DNA of 64,000 bases from Dehalococcoidia bacterium (GCA_965219085.1 OZ244720.1:864001-928000); one strand, 5' to 3'. Shown: positions 43,582 through 53,778, counted from the first letter of the stretch. Program-made: numbers and translations. Notes: generated from the letters alone by a model not told the origin.

Positions 43582-46320
43582 TCAGGCGAGCCGGGGGTTT
43601 GCCTTCTCCGGGTCGATGCCGAGTTCGGCGATGGCGCGCTCGGGTACGTCGGCCGCGACTGCGCCCTCGCGCGCGAGCGCGTACAGCGCGGCAAGGGCGA
43701 TGTGCTTCGCGTCGACCTCGAAGAAGTCGCGCAGCGCCTCGCGCGTCTCGCTGCGCCCGAAGCCGTCGGTGCCGAGCGAGACGAGGCGTCCCGGCAGCCA
43801 CTTCGCCACCGCGTCCGGCAGCGACTTGAGGTAGTCCGTCGCGGCGACGAACGGGCCCTCGGCGTCCGCGAGCACCTCGGAGAGGTACGGGGAGCGCGGC
43901 GGCTCGCTCGGGTGGAGCATGTTCCAGCGCTCGACATCCATCGCGTCGCGTCGCAGCTCGCTGTAGCTCGTCACCGACCACACGTCGGCGGCGACGCCGT
44001 AACGGTCGGCGAGGAGCTCCTGCGCGGCGACAACCTCGGTGAGGATCGCGCCGCTGCCGAAGAGCTGGACCCGAGGGCCATCGCCATCCGAATGATGCAG
44101 CCGGTAGATGCCGCGAATCACACCCTCGGGCGCGTCGGGTGGCATTGGCGGCTGCGGGTACGCCTCGTTGGTGACGGTCAGGTAGTAGAAGACCGCATCC
44201 TGCTGCTCGTGCATCCGGCGGATGCCCTCGCGCACGATCAGCGCGACCTCGTAGGCGTAGGCCGGGTCGTAGCTCAGCAGGTTCGGCACGACCGAGGCGA
44301 GCACGTGGCTGTGGCCGTCCTGGTGCTGGAGCCCCTCGCCCTGCAGTGTCGTGCGCCCCGCCGTCGCGCCGACGAGGAAGCCGCGCGTGCGTGAGTCGGC
44401 CGCCGCCCAGATCAGGTCGCCGACTCGCTGGAAGCCGAACATCGAGTAGAAGATGAACACCGGGAGCGTGCACGCGCCGTGTACCGCGGGCGCCGTCCCC
44501 GCGGCGATGAACGAGGCCAGCGATCCCGCCTCCGTGATGCCCTCCTCGAGGATCTGCCCGTCCGTCGTCTCCTTGTAGTAGATGAGGCTGTCGGCATCGA
44601 CGGGCTCGTAGAGCTGCCCGACGTGGGAGTAGATGCCCGCCTGGCGGAACATGGTCTCCATGCCGAACGTGCGCGCCTCGTCGGGCACGATCGGCACCAT
44701 GTGGTCGCCGATCGTCTCGTCGCGCAGCAGCCGCGCGAGCAGCCGCACGAAGGCGAGCGTGGTCGACACCTCGCGGCCGCCTGAGCCCTCGAAGAACTCG
44801 TCGAAGACCGACTCGGCGGGCGAGATGCCGGCGCAGGAGATGGTCCGGCGTTGCGGCAGGAAGCCGCCGAGGGCGCGGCGGCGCTGCTGCAGGTAGCGCG
44901 CCTCCACGCTGTCGTCGTCAGGGCGGTAGAGTGGCGCGCTGCCGACTTCCTCGTCGCTCAGCGGGATGCCGAAGCGGTCGCGGAAGTGCATCAGCTCGTC
45001 TTCGTTGAGCTTCTTCTGCTGGTGCGTGATGTTCTTGCCCTCGCCCGCCTCGCCGAGGCCGTAGCCCTTGATGGTGCGCGCGAGGATCACCGTCGGTGCC
45101 CCCTCGTGGCGGACGGCGGCGTGGTAGGCGGCGTGCACCTTCTCCGGGTCGTGACCGCCGAGGCGCATCGACCACAGCTCGTCGTCGCTCATGTGGTCGA
45201 CCATGCGCAGCAGGCGCGGGTCGGTGCCGTAGAAGTGCTCGCGGATGTAGGCGCCGCCGGCGACGGTGTACTTCTGGTACTCGCCGTCGACGACCTCGCC
45301 CATGCGCTTCGTGAGCAGGCCCTCGTGGTCCTGCGCGAGCAACTGGTCCCACTCGGCGCCCCACAGCACCTTGATCACGTTCCAGCCCGCGCCGCGGAAC
45401 ACGGCCTCGAGCTCCTGGATGATCTGGCCGTTGCCGCGCACGGGGCCGTCGAGGCGCTGCAGGTTGCAGTTGATGACGAAGATCAGGTTGTCGAGCCGCT
45501 CGCGCGCCGCGAGCGAGATCGCGCCGAGCGCCTCGGGCTCGTCGGTCTCGCCGTCGCCGATGAAGGTCCACACCTTCGCGTCGCTCGGCTCCTTGATGCC
45601 GCGGTCGACGAGGTAGCGCATGAACCGCGCCTGGTAGATCGCCATGAGCGGCGCGAGGCCCATCGAGACCGTGGGGAACTTCCAGAAGTGCTCCATCAGC
45701 CACGGGTGCGGGTACGACGGCAGCCCGCCGCCGTCGGCCAGCTCGCGCCGGAAGTTGAAGAGCAGCTCCTCGCTCAACCGGCCCTCGAGGTACGCGCGGG
45801 CGTAGATGCCCGGCGAGGCGTGGCCCTGGATGTAGATCAGGTCGCCCCCGCTCGGGTCGTTCGCGCCACGGAAGAAGTGGTTGAAGCCCACCTCGTAGAG
45901 CGTGGCCGCCGAGGCGTAGGTCGAGATGTGCCCGCCGATGCCCTCGTGGCGGTTGTTGGCGTCGACGACCATCGCCATCGCGTTCCAGCGCACGAAGCTC
46001 TTGATGCGCTGCTCGATCTCGCGGTTGCCGGGGTAGGGTGGCTGGCGCTCGATCGGGATCGTGTTCACGTACGGGGTCCGCGAGGTCACCGGCAGCTGCG
46101 CCATCTCGCGCTGCGCCTCGATCTGGAGTGTCTGCAGCAGCTCCGCGACGCGCTCCGGCCCGCGACGGTAGAAGACGTCGTGCAGCGACTGACGCCACTC
46201 CTCCGCCTCGATGGCGTCGAATTCGGCTTGTAGCGCCTCGCGGGCGGCGTCGGCGTCGGCGCCGTTGGCGGCGCCGGGCGCGAGGGCGGCGGGGTCGGTG
46301 CGTGATGCGTCCGTGCTCAT
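43582..46320 (-). CDS. aceE: Pyruvate dehydrogenase E1, homodimeric type
   Basis: GGHISTYAS, SYPHPWLM, PTVSMGL, GDGETDEPE, EGITEAG, YSMFGFQR, GEGLQHQDG. Confidence 0.96.
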   Translation of the reverse strand: MSTDASRTDPAALAPGAANGADADAAREALQAEFDAIEAEEWRQSLHDVFYRRGPERVAELLQTLQIEAQREMAQLPVTSRTPYVNTIPIERQPPYPGNREIEQRIKSFVRWNAMAMVVDANNRHEGIGGHISTYASAATLYEVGFNHFFRGANDPSGGDLIYIQGHASPGIYARAYLEGRLSEELLFNFRRELADGGGLPSYPHPWLMEHFWKFPTVSMGLAPLMAIYQARFMRYLVDRGIKEPSDAKVWTFIGDGETDEPEALGAISLAARERLDNLIFVINCNLQRLDGPVRGNGQIIQELEAVFRGAGWNVIKVLWGAEWDQLLAQDHEGLLTKRMGEVVDGEYQKYTVAGGAYIREHFYGTDPRLLRMVDHMSDDELWSMRLGGHDPEKVHAAYHAAVRHEGAPTVILARTIKGYGLGEAGEGKNITHQQKKLNEDELMHFRDRFGIPLSDEEVGSAPLYRPDDDSVEARYLQQRRRALGGFLPQRRTISCAGISPAESVFDEFFEGSGGREVSTTLAFVRLLARLLRDETIGDHMVPIVPDEARTFGMETMFRQAGIYSHVGQLYEPVDADSLIYYKETTDGQILEEGITEAGSLASFIAAGTAPAVHGACTLPVFIFYSMFGFQRVGDLIWAAADSRTRGFLVGATAGRTTLQGEGLQHQDGHSHVLASVVPNLLSYDPAYAYEVALIVREGIRRMHEQQDAVFYYLTVTNEAYPQPPMPPDAPEGVIRGIYRLHHSDGDGPRVQLFGSGAILTEVVAAQELLADRYGVAADVWSVTSYSELRRDAMDVERWNMLHPSEPPRSPYLSEVLADAEGPFVAATDYLKSLPDAVAKWLPGRLVSLGTDGFGRSETREALRDFFEVDAKHIALAALYALAREGAVAADVPERAIAELGIDPEKANPRLA

Positions 46321-46348
46321 GGCGGTGTTCCTTGCTGCGCCCTGCCCG

Positions 46349-47275
46349 CTACTCCCCCGGCTGGCCGATCGTGGTCAGGGGAATGTGACCATCGTACGCC
46401 GCAGCCGAGGCTTGTCCGGCGGCGTGGTAGGAGCTGCGCACCAGCGGGCCGGACTCGGCGTGCCGGAACCCGATCGCGTGCGCGTAGTCGGCGATCTCGG
46501 CGAACTCATCGGGGCGCCAGAAGCGCTCGATTGGCAGGTGCTTCAGCGACGGCCGCAGGTACTGTCCCACGGTGAGGAGGTCGCAGCCGTGCTCACGCAG
46601 GTCGTCGAGGACCGCGCGCACCTCGTCCATCGTCTCGCCGAGGCCGACCATGATGCCCGACTTGGTCGTCATCTCCGGGTCGATCTGCTTGACGCGGCGG
46701 ATCAACTCGAGCGAGCGCTCGTAGCGCGCCTTCGGGCGCACGCGGGCGTAGAGCCGCGGCACGGTCTCGGTGTTGTGGTTGAGCACGACCGGCCCCGCCT
46801 CGACGACGGTGGCGAGGGCGTCCCGGTTGCCCTCGAAGTCAGGGATCAGCACCTCCACCTGTGTCCCCGGCAGGCGATGCCCGATCGCGCGGATGCACGC
46901 GGCGAACACGTCCGCCCCGCCGTCGGGCAGGTCGTCGCGGTTCACCGACGTGATCACGACGTAGTCGAGGCCGAGCCGCTCGACGGCCTGCGTGAGCCGG
47001 TACGGCTCCAGCAGGTCGAGGCCCATCGGCTTGCCCGAGGTGACGTCGCAGAAGCCGCAGGCGCGCGTGCAGATGTCGCCGAGGATCATGAAGGTGGCCG
47101 TGCCGGCGTTGAAGCACTCGCCGATGTTCGGGCAGCGCGCCTCCTCGCAGACGGTGTGCAGCTCTTGCTCGCGCAGCAGGCTCTTGATCTCGGAGAAGCG
47201 CTCACCCGCCGGGAAGCGCGCCTTCAGCCATCGCGGCTTGCGCGGGAACGGACGCACGGCGGCTTCAGCCGGCAT
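46349..47275 (-). CDS. lipA: Lipoyl synthase
   Basis: CEEARCPNIGEC, CTRACGFC, RSSYHA. Confidence 0.96.
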   Translation of the reverse strand: MPAEAAVRPFPRKPRWLKARFPAGERFSEIKSLLREQELHTVCEEARCPNIGECFNAGTATFMILGDICTRACGFCDVTSGKPMGLDLLEPYRLTQAVERLGLDYVVITSVNRDDLPDGGADVFAACIRAIGHRLPGTQVEVLIPDFEGNRDALATVVEAGPVVLNHNTETVPRLYARVRPKARYERSLELIRRVKQIDPEMTTKSGIMVGLGETMDEVRAVLDDLREHGCDLLTVGQYLRPSLKHLPIERFWRPDEFAEIADYAHAIGFRHAESGPLVRSSYHAAGQASAAAYDGHIPLTTIGQPGE

Positions 47276-48002
47276 GCGCGACCTCCTCGACTGTGGGAGC
47301 GTTGAGCCAGCCATCGGGATCCTCGGCGAGTCGCATGCCGAACGCGCGCTCGAACGCAGCGGCCATCGCGTCCTCCACCTCGCGCATCGGCGGGGCGCTG
47401 CCGAGCAGACGTTCCATCGAGGTCACCTCGGCGTCGGGGATGCCGCACGGCACGATCTGGCCGAACCACGCGAGGTCCGTCGCGACGTTGAGTGCGAGGC
47501 CGTGGCGGCTCACGCCGCGGCTGATGCGCACGCCGATCGCGGCGACCTTCGCCCCCTCGACCCACACGCCGGGCCGCCCCTCGACGCGCTCCGCGTCGAT
47601 GCCGAAGGCATCAAGGGTGTCGATGATGACCGCCTCGAGGCGTCGCACGTAGGTGGCCGCGCCGAGCGAGCGGCGGCGCACGTGGAGGATCGGGTAGGCG
47701 ACGAGCTGGCCGGGGCCGTGGAAGGTGATGTCACCGCCGCGGTCCGTCGGGACGACGGCCGCGCCACGCGCGGCGAGGGCGTCCGGCGTCGCGAGCAGGT
47801 GCTCGCGATTACCGCGCGCACCGAGGGTGTAGACGGGCGGGTGCTCCAGCAGCGCCAACGACTCGCCCTCGACGCCTGCGGCGAGCGCCTCCACGCGCTC
47901 CCGCTGCCAGGCGAGCGCGCGATCGTACTCGACCAGACCGGGCCGCCAGAGGCGCACGACCGTGTCGGCGTGCGGCTGCCGGGTGTTCGCAGGAGCAGTC
48001 AT
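47265..48002 (-). CDS. lipB: Lipoyl(octanoyl) transferase
   Basis: LEHPPVYTLG, DRGGDITFHGPGQLVAYP, KVAAIG, IVPCG. Start at ATG 48002. Confidence 0.95.
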   Translation of the reverse strand: MTAPANTRQPHADTVVRLWRPGLVEYDRALAWQRERVEALAAGVEGESLALLEHPPVYTLGARGNREHLLATPDALAARGAAVVPTDRGGDITFHGPGQLVAYPILHVRRRSLGAATYVRRLEAVIIDTLDAFGIDAERVEGRPGVWVEGAKVAAIGVRISRGVSRHGLALNVATDLAWFGQIVPCGIPDAEVTSMERLLGSAPPMREVEDAMAAAFERAFGMRLAEDPDGWLNAPTVEEVAHAG

Positions 48003-48133
48003 GCGTGCATTCCTCGCACTTCGACGGCCGGGGCCCGCGATCCAGTATATGAAGCGCGCGCCCCGGATGCGGAAGTGGCTTCGCGAGGGCGTTCCGGCCT
48101 CGGACGTGTCGGCGCCCTCGGCGCCCGCGAGCG

Positions 48134-49279
48134 TCAGGCGTCGGCGTCGAAGCGGCTGAGGCGGAACAGCGAGATGTCGTGGCTCGTCTCGCCCGTCGTG
48201 GCGAGGTCCGCCATGATCTCGCCGACGACGCTGCAGAACTTGAACCCGTGCCCGGAGAACCCGGCGGCCACGAACACGTTGGGGGCTTCGGGCAGCGCAT
48301 CGATGATGAAATGTTCGTCCGGCGTGTTCGTGAACATGCACGCCTTCATGGACAGCACCGGGCCGTTGGCGTCCGGGAAGTAGCGGCTGAGCCCGAGCCG
48401 CAGCACCGCCTCGTCCTCGTCCCCGCACTCCCGATTGAGGCCATCGCCGGTAGTCAGCTCGTCGCGGTGGTGGAAGCGGCCGACCTTCAAGCCTGGAATT
48501 CCAAACACGGGGAGGGTGTAGTACAGACCCTCGTCTACATCGGCGATCACCACCGGGAAATGTGTTGCCGCGAACAATGATGCGTCCGCGGGTTGGAACC
48601 ATCCCAACACCTGCCGCTCCGGCACCACCAGATGATGCAGCGAGGGCAACAGCGGCCCCGCCCACGCGCCGCCCGTGACGATGAGCGCGCCTGCCTCGTA
48701 CGACCCGCGCTTGGTCCGCACGCGCACTCGGTCACCGCTGCTGTTCCACTCCAGCACGGGCTCCCGGGCCCGCACATCAGCGCCGCGTTCGAGCGCGCCG
48801 AAGACGTGGTTCACGATGCACCGCTCGGACAGCACGAAGCCGCCGTCGGGCTGGTACACGCCCACCCGGTCCTGCGGGAATCGCATGCCGGGAAAACGCT
48901 CACTCAACTCGGCGCTGGTGAGTACTTCGTGCGCGAGATCGTGCTCGATGCAGGATTGCAGCGAACCGGCGAACACCTCGCCGTCTTCGCGGCCCACGTC
49001 CACACCGCCGGTGATGTGGAGCAGTTGCTCCCCGCTTGCCGACTCCAGTTCGCGCCAGCGCTCGTAGGAGCGGCGCACCAGCGGGACGTACGAGGGATCC
49101 TCGAAGTAGGCCATGCGGGTAATGCGGTTCACCCCGTGCGAGGAGCCCATGTCGTGGGGAATGTCGAACTGCTCCAGGCCCAGCACGCGCAGGCCCCGGT
49201 TCGCGAGCTCGTACACGGTGGCCGAGCCCATACCCCCGACGCCGATGACGATTGCGTCGTATGTGCCCGTCGTAGTCAC
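48134..49279 (-). CDS. solA: N-methyl-L-tryptophan / monomeric sarcosine oxidase family flavoprotein
   Basis: IGVGGMGSA, GSSHGVNRITR, CMFTNTPDEHF, GFSGHGFKF. Confidence 0.88.
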   Translation of the reverse strand: MTTTGTYDAIVIGVGGMGSATVYELANRGLRVLGLEQFDIPHDMGSSHGVNRITRMAYFEDPSYVPLVRRSYERWRELESASGEQLLHITGGVDVGREDGEVFAGSLQSCIEHDLAHEVLTSAELSERFPGMRFPQDRVGVYQPDGGFVLSERCIVNHVFGALERGADVRAREPVLEWNSSGDRVRVRTKRGSYEAGALIVTGGAWAGPLLPSLHHLVVPERQVLGWFQPADASLFAATHFPVVIADVDEGLYYTLPVFGIPGLKVGRFHHRDELTTGDGLNRECGDEDEAVLRLGLSRYFPDANGPVLSMKACMFTNTPDEHFIIDALPEAPNVFVAAGFSGHGFKFCSVVGEIMADLATTGETSHDISLFRLSRFDADA

Positions 49280-49393
49280 AGCGCGCCTCCCCGGTTCGCC
49301 TCCGTACCGCAAGCGTCCCGATCAGTATAGGAACGCAGCTCGCGGCTCCGCCGTCCGCGCGCGCTGGGGCGGCGGCTGCCCGCGCCCGCCGCT

Positions 49394-49846
49394 ATGCTCG
49401 CGGGGCTGCGGCGCCACCACCCTTGCCGCAGCCGATGGACGGAGCGCCGACTGAACTCCCGGCAACTTCGGAATTCGTCGGGCTTCGCGATCGTCGCGAT
49501 GGGAGCGAGCATCCTGCTTGCGACGCTCACGCCCATCACGGGCGCGGAGCACGGCTGCCCGTTCGGGTTGCCGTGCCTCGCGTGGCACTTCGGGCTGTTC
49601 GCGGCGCTGGGCGTGGCGATCGCCGCCCGCTACGCGACGAGCGAGGCAGCACGGCGTTCGCCCCGGCGTGTGTTGGGCATGGTCGTGCTCGTGATCTGGC
49701 TCTTTGCTGCCGTCAGCGAGATGGCGCAGGGCTGGGTCGATGGCCGTGATCCGCAGCTCCTCGACTGGGTGGCGAACATGGCGGGCGCGATCGTGGGGTT
49801 GTTGCTCGGCAGCGCCGCCCTGCGCTGGCTCCTCGCCGAGCGTTAG
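49394..49846 (+). CDS. VanZ-family membrane protein (start uncertain)
   Basis: HFGLFAALG, SEMAQGWVDGR...DWVANMAG. Confidence 0.75.
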   Translation: MLAGLRRHHPCRSRWTERRLNSRQLRNSSGFAIVAMGASILLATLTPITGAEHGCPFGLPCLAWHFGLFAALGVAIAARYATSEAARRSPRRVLGMVVLVIWLFAAVSEMAQGWVDGRDPQLLDWVANMAGAIVGLLLGSAALRWLLAER

Positions 49847-50601
49847 TCCTCGTCCAGCGTGGCGTCGGCGTAGACCCGCAGGCCGTAGTCGTTGTAGCGC
49901 CGCTCCGGCGATAGCGAGGAGCGCGCGGTGCTGCGCGTGACTTTCACGCGGTGCCGCCACGAGCCGCCGCGCGATGCGCGTCGCACGCCGTCGGCGGGGC
50001 CACGCGGGTGGTCGATGTCGTCCGGGTCGTAGCGGGTCGCGTACCAGTCCGAGCACCACTCATGCACGTTCTCCGCCATGTGGTAGAGCCCGAAGCTGTT
50101 GGGCGGGGTGCTGCCCACCCGGTAGGGGCGATCCGCGCCCTTGGAGCCGAGCGCGAAGAGGCCCTCGAGCCACGGTTCGTCGCCCCACGGAAAGTGCGTG
50201 GTGGCGTCCCCTCGCGCGGCGAACTCGCGTTCCGCCTCAGTCGGGAGCCGACAGTTCCGGCCAAGTAGCTCGCCCAGCCACTCGCAGTACGCGTTCGCGT
50301 CGAACCACGAGACGCCGACGACGGGACAGTCGGGCGCGTTGAACCGCTCGTCGTCCCAGAACCGCGGCGGCTCGTGCCCGCTGGCGTCGAGGAAGCGCCG
50401 GTACTCACTGTTGGTGACGGGCCCGATCGCGACCGCGAACGCGTCGATGGTGACATCGCGCTCGGGTTGCTCGTCGTCCCGCATGGGGGAGCCCATGTTG
50501 AACCGGCCGCCGGACAGGCTCACGAAGGGCGTCACGTCGGGTCCCTCGGCGAGCAGCCGTTGGATGCGTGGATCGGTGGGAGGCGTGGCTGGTTGAGTCA
50601 C
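49843..50601 (-). CDS. FGE-sulfatase (SUMF1/EgtB/PvdO) domain protein
   Basis: FNMGS, VTNSEY, PVVGVSWFDA, RLPTEAE, GLYHMAENVHEW, RGGSW. Confidence 0.88.
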   Translation of the reverse strand: MTQPATPPTDPRIQRLLAEGPDVTPFVSLSGGRFNMGSPMRDDEQPERDVTIDAFAVAIGPVTNSEYRRFLDASGHEPPRFWDDERFNAPDCPVVGVSWFDANAYCEWLGELLGRNCRLPTEAEREFAARGDATTHFPWGDEPWLEGLFALGSKGADRPYRVGSTPPNSFGLYHMAENVHEWCSDWYATRYDPDDIDHPRGPADGVRRASRGGSWRHRVKVTRSTARSSLSPERRYNDYGLRVYADATLDED

Positions 50602-50709
50602 AAAGCGATGCTAACAGTGTGGGCGACGCCCGAGCACCACGATCAGCAGCTTCGCCACACGTGGCGCCGTCCATTGCATCAGCGCCCCGCCTGAGTGGCC
50701 TCTTACGTC

Positions 50710-50752
50710 GGTGTGACAAATACTACTTTTGTGTTAGCGTGACTCGCTAAAT
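50710..50752. promoter_or_regulatory. AT-rich divergent promoter region with palindrome TTAGCG-N5-CGCTAA (possible operator)
   Basis: Palindrome at 50734-50750, about 30 bp upstream of rex. Not a canonical Rex box. Confidence 0.3.
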
Positions 50753-50779
50753 TGAGCAAAGCACGGGAAGCGAGGACGT

Positions 50780-51430
50780 GTGCCGCTCAAGATCCCGGAA
50801 GTCGTCATCGAGCGCCTCCCCACCTACTACTGGCAATTGGCGGAGTTGCGCGCCGCGGGCGTGAGCACCGTCTCGTCGCAGGAGATTGGGGAAGCGCTCG
50901 ACGTCACGCCTGCACAGATCCGAAAGGACCTCTCGTACTTCGGCCGTTTCGGTAAGCAGGGCCGCGGCTACTCCGTCGACACACTCACCGAGGAACTCGA
51001 AGCGATCCTGGGGTTCAACCGGCGCTGGCGCATGCTGCTCGTCGGCGGTGGCGGTGTCGCCCGCACGATCGCCTCGTTGAACCACGGGAGCTTCCAGCCG
51101 TACGGGTTCGACATCGTTCGCGTGTACGAGGTCGACTCTGAGCGGGTTGGACGCGTTGTCAACGGCATACGGGTCCGGAACCTCGCAAACATCGAAGCCG
51201 ACATGCGCGACGACCCGATCGAGATCGCCGTCATCGCGGTGCCGGGCGCCGTGGCGCAGCAGGTGACCGACGCACTGGCGCAGGCGGGCGTGTGCTCGAT
51301 TCTCAACTACACCACGGTCGTCGTGCAGGCGCCGCCCGGGGTCGAAGTACGGCACGTTAATCCGCTGCTTGCGCTGCAGACGCTCACCTACCACCTGACC
51401 AACACGCGCGACCCGATGATCGCTCCCTAA
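50780..51430 (+). CDS. rex: Redox-sensing transcriptional repressor Rex
   Basis: IPEVVIERLPTY, SSQEIG, AQIRKDLSYFG.FGKQGRGY, ILNY. Confidence 0.92.
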   Translation: MPLKIPEVVIERLPTYYWQLAELRAAGVSTVSSQEIGEALDVTPAQIRKDLSYFGRFGKQGRGYSVDTLTEELEAILGFNRRWRMLLVGGGGVARTIASLNHGSFQPYGFDIVRVYEVDSERVGRVVNGIRVRNLANIEADMRDDPIEIAVIAVPGAVAQQVTDALAQAGVCSILNYTTVVVQAPPGVEVRHVNPLLALQTLTYHLTNTRDPMIAP

Positions 51431-51455
51431 CGAGGGGACCGCTTCGTCCCGTCTG

Positions 51456-52490
51456 CTACGGGGAGTCGGCGATGAGTGACTCCTCCTCGGTCGGGATACT
51501 GCGCGCGATCACATCGAAGTAATCGAGCGCCGCTCCAGCGCCCTTCGCCACGCAGCGGTCCGGCTCGTCCGCGATATGCACCGGCACCCCGATCTGATCC
51601 AGCAGCAGCGCATCGAGGTGGCGGAGCCTCGCGCCTCCGCCCGTCAGCACGATGCCGTGATCGATGACATCGGCCGCCAGCTCCGGCGGAGTCCGCTCGA
51701 GCACGGTGCGGACCGTCTGCACGATCGCGCCCAACTGCTCCTGGATCGCCAGCGTGATTTCCGAGGATTGCACCGTGATCGTGCGCGGCAGCCCCGTGAT
51801 CTGATCGCGGCCGCGCACGCGCATCGTCTCGTCCGGCTCCTGCGGGAGTGCGGAGCCGATGGCGATCTTGAGCTCCTCGGCCGTGCGTTCGCCCACCACG
51901 AGGTTATGTCGACGCCGGATGTGGAGCGCGATCGCGTCGTTGAGGCGGTCGCCGGCGACCCGCACCGAGTCAGCGGCAACGATGCCGAACATCGAGATCA
52001 CCGCCGCCTCGGCCCGCCCGCCGCCGATGTTCAGCACCATGTGTCCGCGCGGCGAACCGACTGGGATCTCGGCGCCGATGGCTGCCGCGAGGGGCTCCGG
52101 GATGAGGTGCGCCGGCCGGCGCGCGCCCGCGGCCTCGGCGGCGTCGCGCACGGCGCGCTGCTCGACGCGCGTGACGCCGTACGGCGTCGACACCATGACC
52201 TCGGGACGGATGATGCGGAACCGTCCCATGACCTCGCCGATGAGGTAGCGGAGCAGCGCCTCCGTGATGAGGTAGTCGGCGATGGCGCCGTCGCGCATCG
52301 GACGGATCACCTGGATGGTGCCCGGCTGGCGGCCGATCATCTCGTACGCCTGGTCGCCGACGGCGATCACGGTGTTGTCACGCTCGGCCAGCGCCACCAC
52401 GGCGGGCTCTTCGAGCACGATCCCGCGCCCGCGCTCGAACACGAGCACGCGAGCCGTTCCCAGGTCGATACCGAGTCGCTTGGTGACCAT
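51456..52490 (-). CDS. mreB: MreB/Mbl actin-like protein
   Basis: GIDLGTA, EPAVVA, RPMRDGAIAD, EPLAAAIGA, GERTAEELK, LTGGGA. Confidence 0.9.
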   Translation of the reverse strand: MVTKRLGIDLGTARVLVFERGRGIVLEEPAVVALAERDNTVIAVGDQAYEMIGRQPGTIQVIRPMRDGAIADYLITEALLRYLIGEVMGRFRIIRPEVMVSTPYGVTRVEQRAVRDAAEAAGARRPAHLIPEPLAAAIGAEIPVGSPRGHMVLNIGGGRAEAAVISMFGIVAADSVRVAGDRLNDAIALHIRRRHNLVVGERTAEELKIAIGSALPQEPDETMRVRGRDQITGLPRTITVQSSEITLAIQEQLGAIVQTVRTVLERTPPELAADVIDHGIVLTGGGARLRHLDALLLDQIGVPVHIADEPDRCVAKGAGAALDYFDVIARSIPTEEESLIADSP

Positions 52491-52521
52491 GTGCCGCCTG
52501 CCAGAGCCCCGGTGGCCTACC

Positions 52522-53778
52522 TTAGCGGGCGTACACCTCCGCGCCCAGCGCCTCCAGGCGCTCCTCGATACGCGGATAGCCGCGGTTGAGGTGCACGATG
52601 TCCCGCACCACCGTCTCGCCCTCGGCCGCCAGACCCGCGATCACTACGGCCGCCGCGGCCCGCACATCGAGCGCGCGCACCGCGCTGCCGATGAGCGGCG
52701 TGCGCCCCTCGATGATGACCGACTGCCCGCCGGTGGTGATGCGCCCGCCCATCGCACGCAACTCGCCGACGTAGAGGAGGCGGTTCTCGAAGACGCGCTC
52801 GTGGATGATCGAGATCCCCTCGGCCTGTGTCAGCGCCGCCGCCATCGGCGCGTGCAGGTCCGTCGGGAAGCCGGGGTACGGCACCGCCTGCAGTTGCACC
52901 GCCCGCAGCGGACCGTCGACGCACGCGCGCACCGACCGCTCGCCGACCTCGACCTTCGCGCCCGCCTCGCGCAGCTTCGTGAGCAGCGAGTCCATGTGGG
53001 TGGGGTTGGCGCCGTCGATCTGCACGTCGCCGCCGGTGGCAAGGCCGGCGAGCAGGAACGTGCCGCCCTCGATGCGATCCGGGATGATACTGAACTCGGC
53101 GCCGTGCAGCGCGTCGACGCCACCGACGGTGATCTGGTTGCTGCCGTGGCCGGTGACGCGTGCACCCATTGCGTTGAGCAGGTCGCCCGCCATCTCGACC
53201 TCGGGCTCGGCGGCGGCGTTCACGATCGTCGTCGTGCCGCGCGCCAGCGTCGCCGCGAACAGCACGTTCACGGTCCCGAGCACGCTCGGGTAGTCGAGGA
53301 ACACCCGCGCGCCCTCCAGCCGCGGGGTGCGCGCGACGAAGTTCTGCCCCTCGCGCTGGACCTCGGCGCCCAGCGCGCGGAAGCCCGCGAGGTGCACGTC
53401 CACCGGGCGCACGCCGATCGCGTCGCCGCCCGGTGAGGGGCACCCCGCCTCGCCGAAGCGCGCGAGCAGCGGCCCCATGACGAGGAACGAGGCGCGCAGC
53501 GCCACGACGTGCTCGGGCTCGGCGACGGTCTGAGTCACCCCGCTCGCGTCGAGCGTGACGTCGGCGCCCTCGATGGTGACCTCCGCGCCAAGGGATTCGA
53601 GGAGCCGGCCCATCTCGCCGATGTCGCGGATCTCGGGCACGTTGTGCAGCCGCACGGGCTCGGCGGTGAGGAGGGCGGCGGCGAGGGCGTAGAGGGCGGC
53701 GTTCTTGGAACCCGAGGCGGGCAGGCGACCGCGCAGGGGCCGTCCGCCGACGATGGCCAACTGCTGCTGCTGGCTCAT
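52522..53778 (-). CDS. murA: UDP-N-acetylglucosamine 1-carboxyvinyltransferase
   Basis: GSKNAAL, RASFLVMGPLLARFG, PGGDAIGVRPVDVH, PDRIE, PYPGFPTD, FENR. Confidence 0.95.
   Translation of the reverse strand: MSQQQQLAIVGGRPLRGRLPASGSKNAALYALAAALLTAEPVRLHNVPEIRDIGEMGRLLESLGAEVTIEGADVTLDASGVTQTVAEPEHVVALRASFLVMGPLLARFGEAGCPSPGGDAIGVRPVDVHLAGFRALGAEVQREGQNFVARTPRLEGARVFLDYPSVLGTVNVLFAATLARGTTTIVNAAAEPEVEMAGDLLNAMGARVTGHGSNQITVGGVDALHGAEFSIIPDRIEGGTFLLAGLATGGDVQIDGANPTHMDSLLTKLREAGAKVEVGERSVRACVDGPLRAVQLQAVPYPGFPTDLHAPMAAALTQAEGISIIHERVFENRLLYVGELRAMGGRITTGGQSVIIEGRTPLIGSAVRALDVRAAAAVVIAGLAAEGETVVRDIVHLNRGYPRIEERLEALGAEVYAR

Noticed and set aside
50700-50760. Canonical Rex operator
   Set aside because: Only TGTGA / TTGTG half-sites, with no complementary TTCACAA half.
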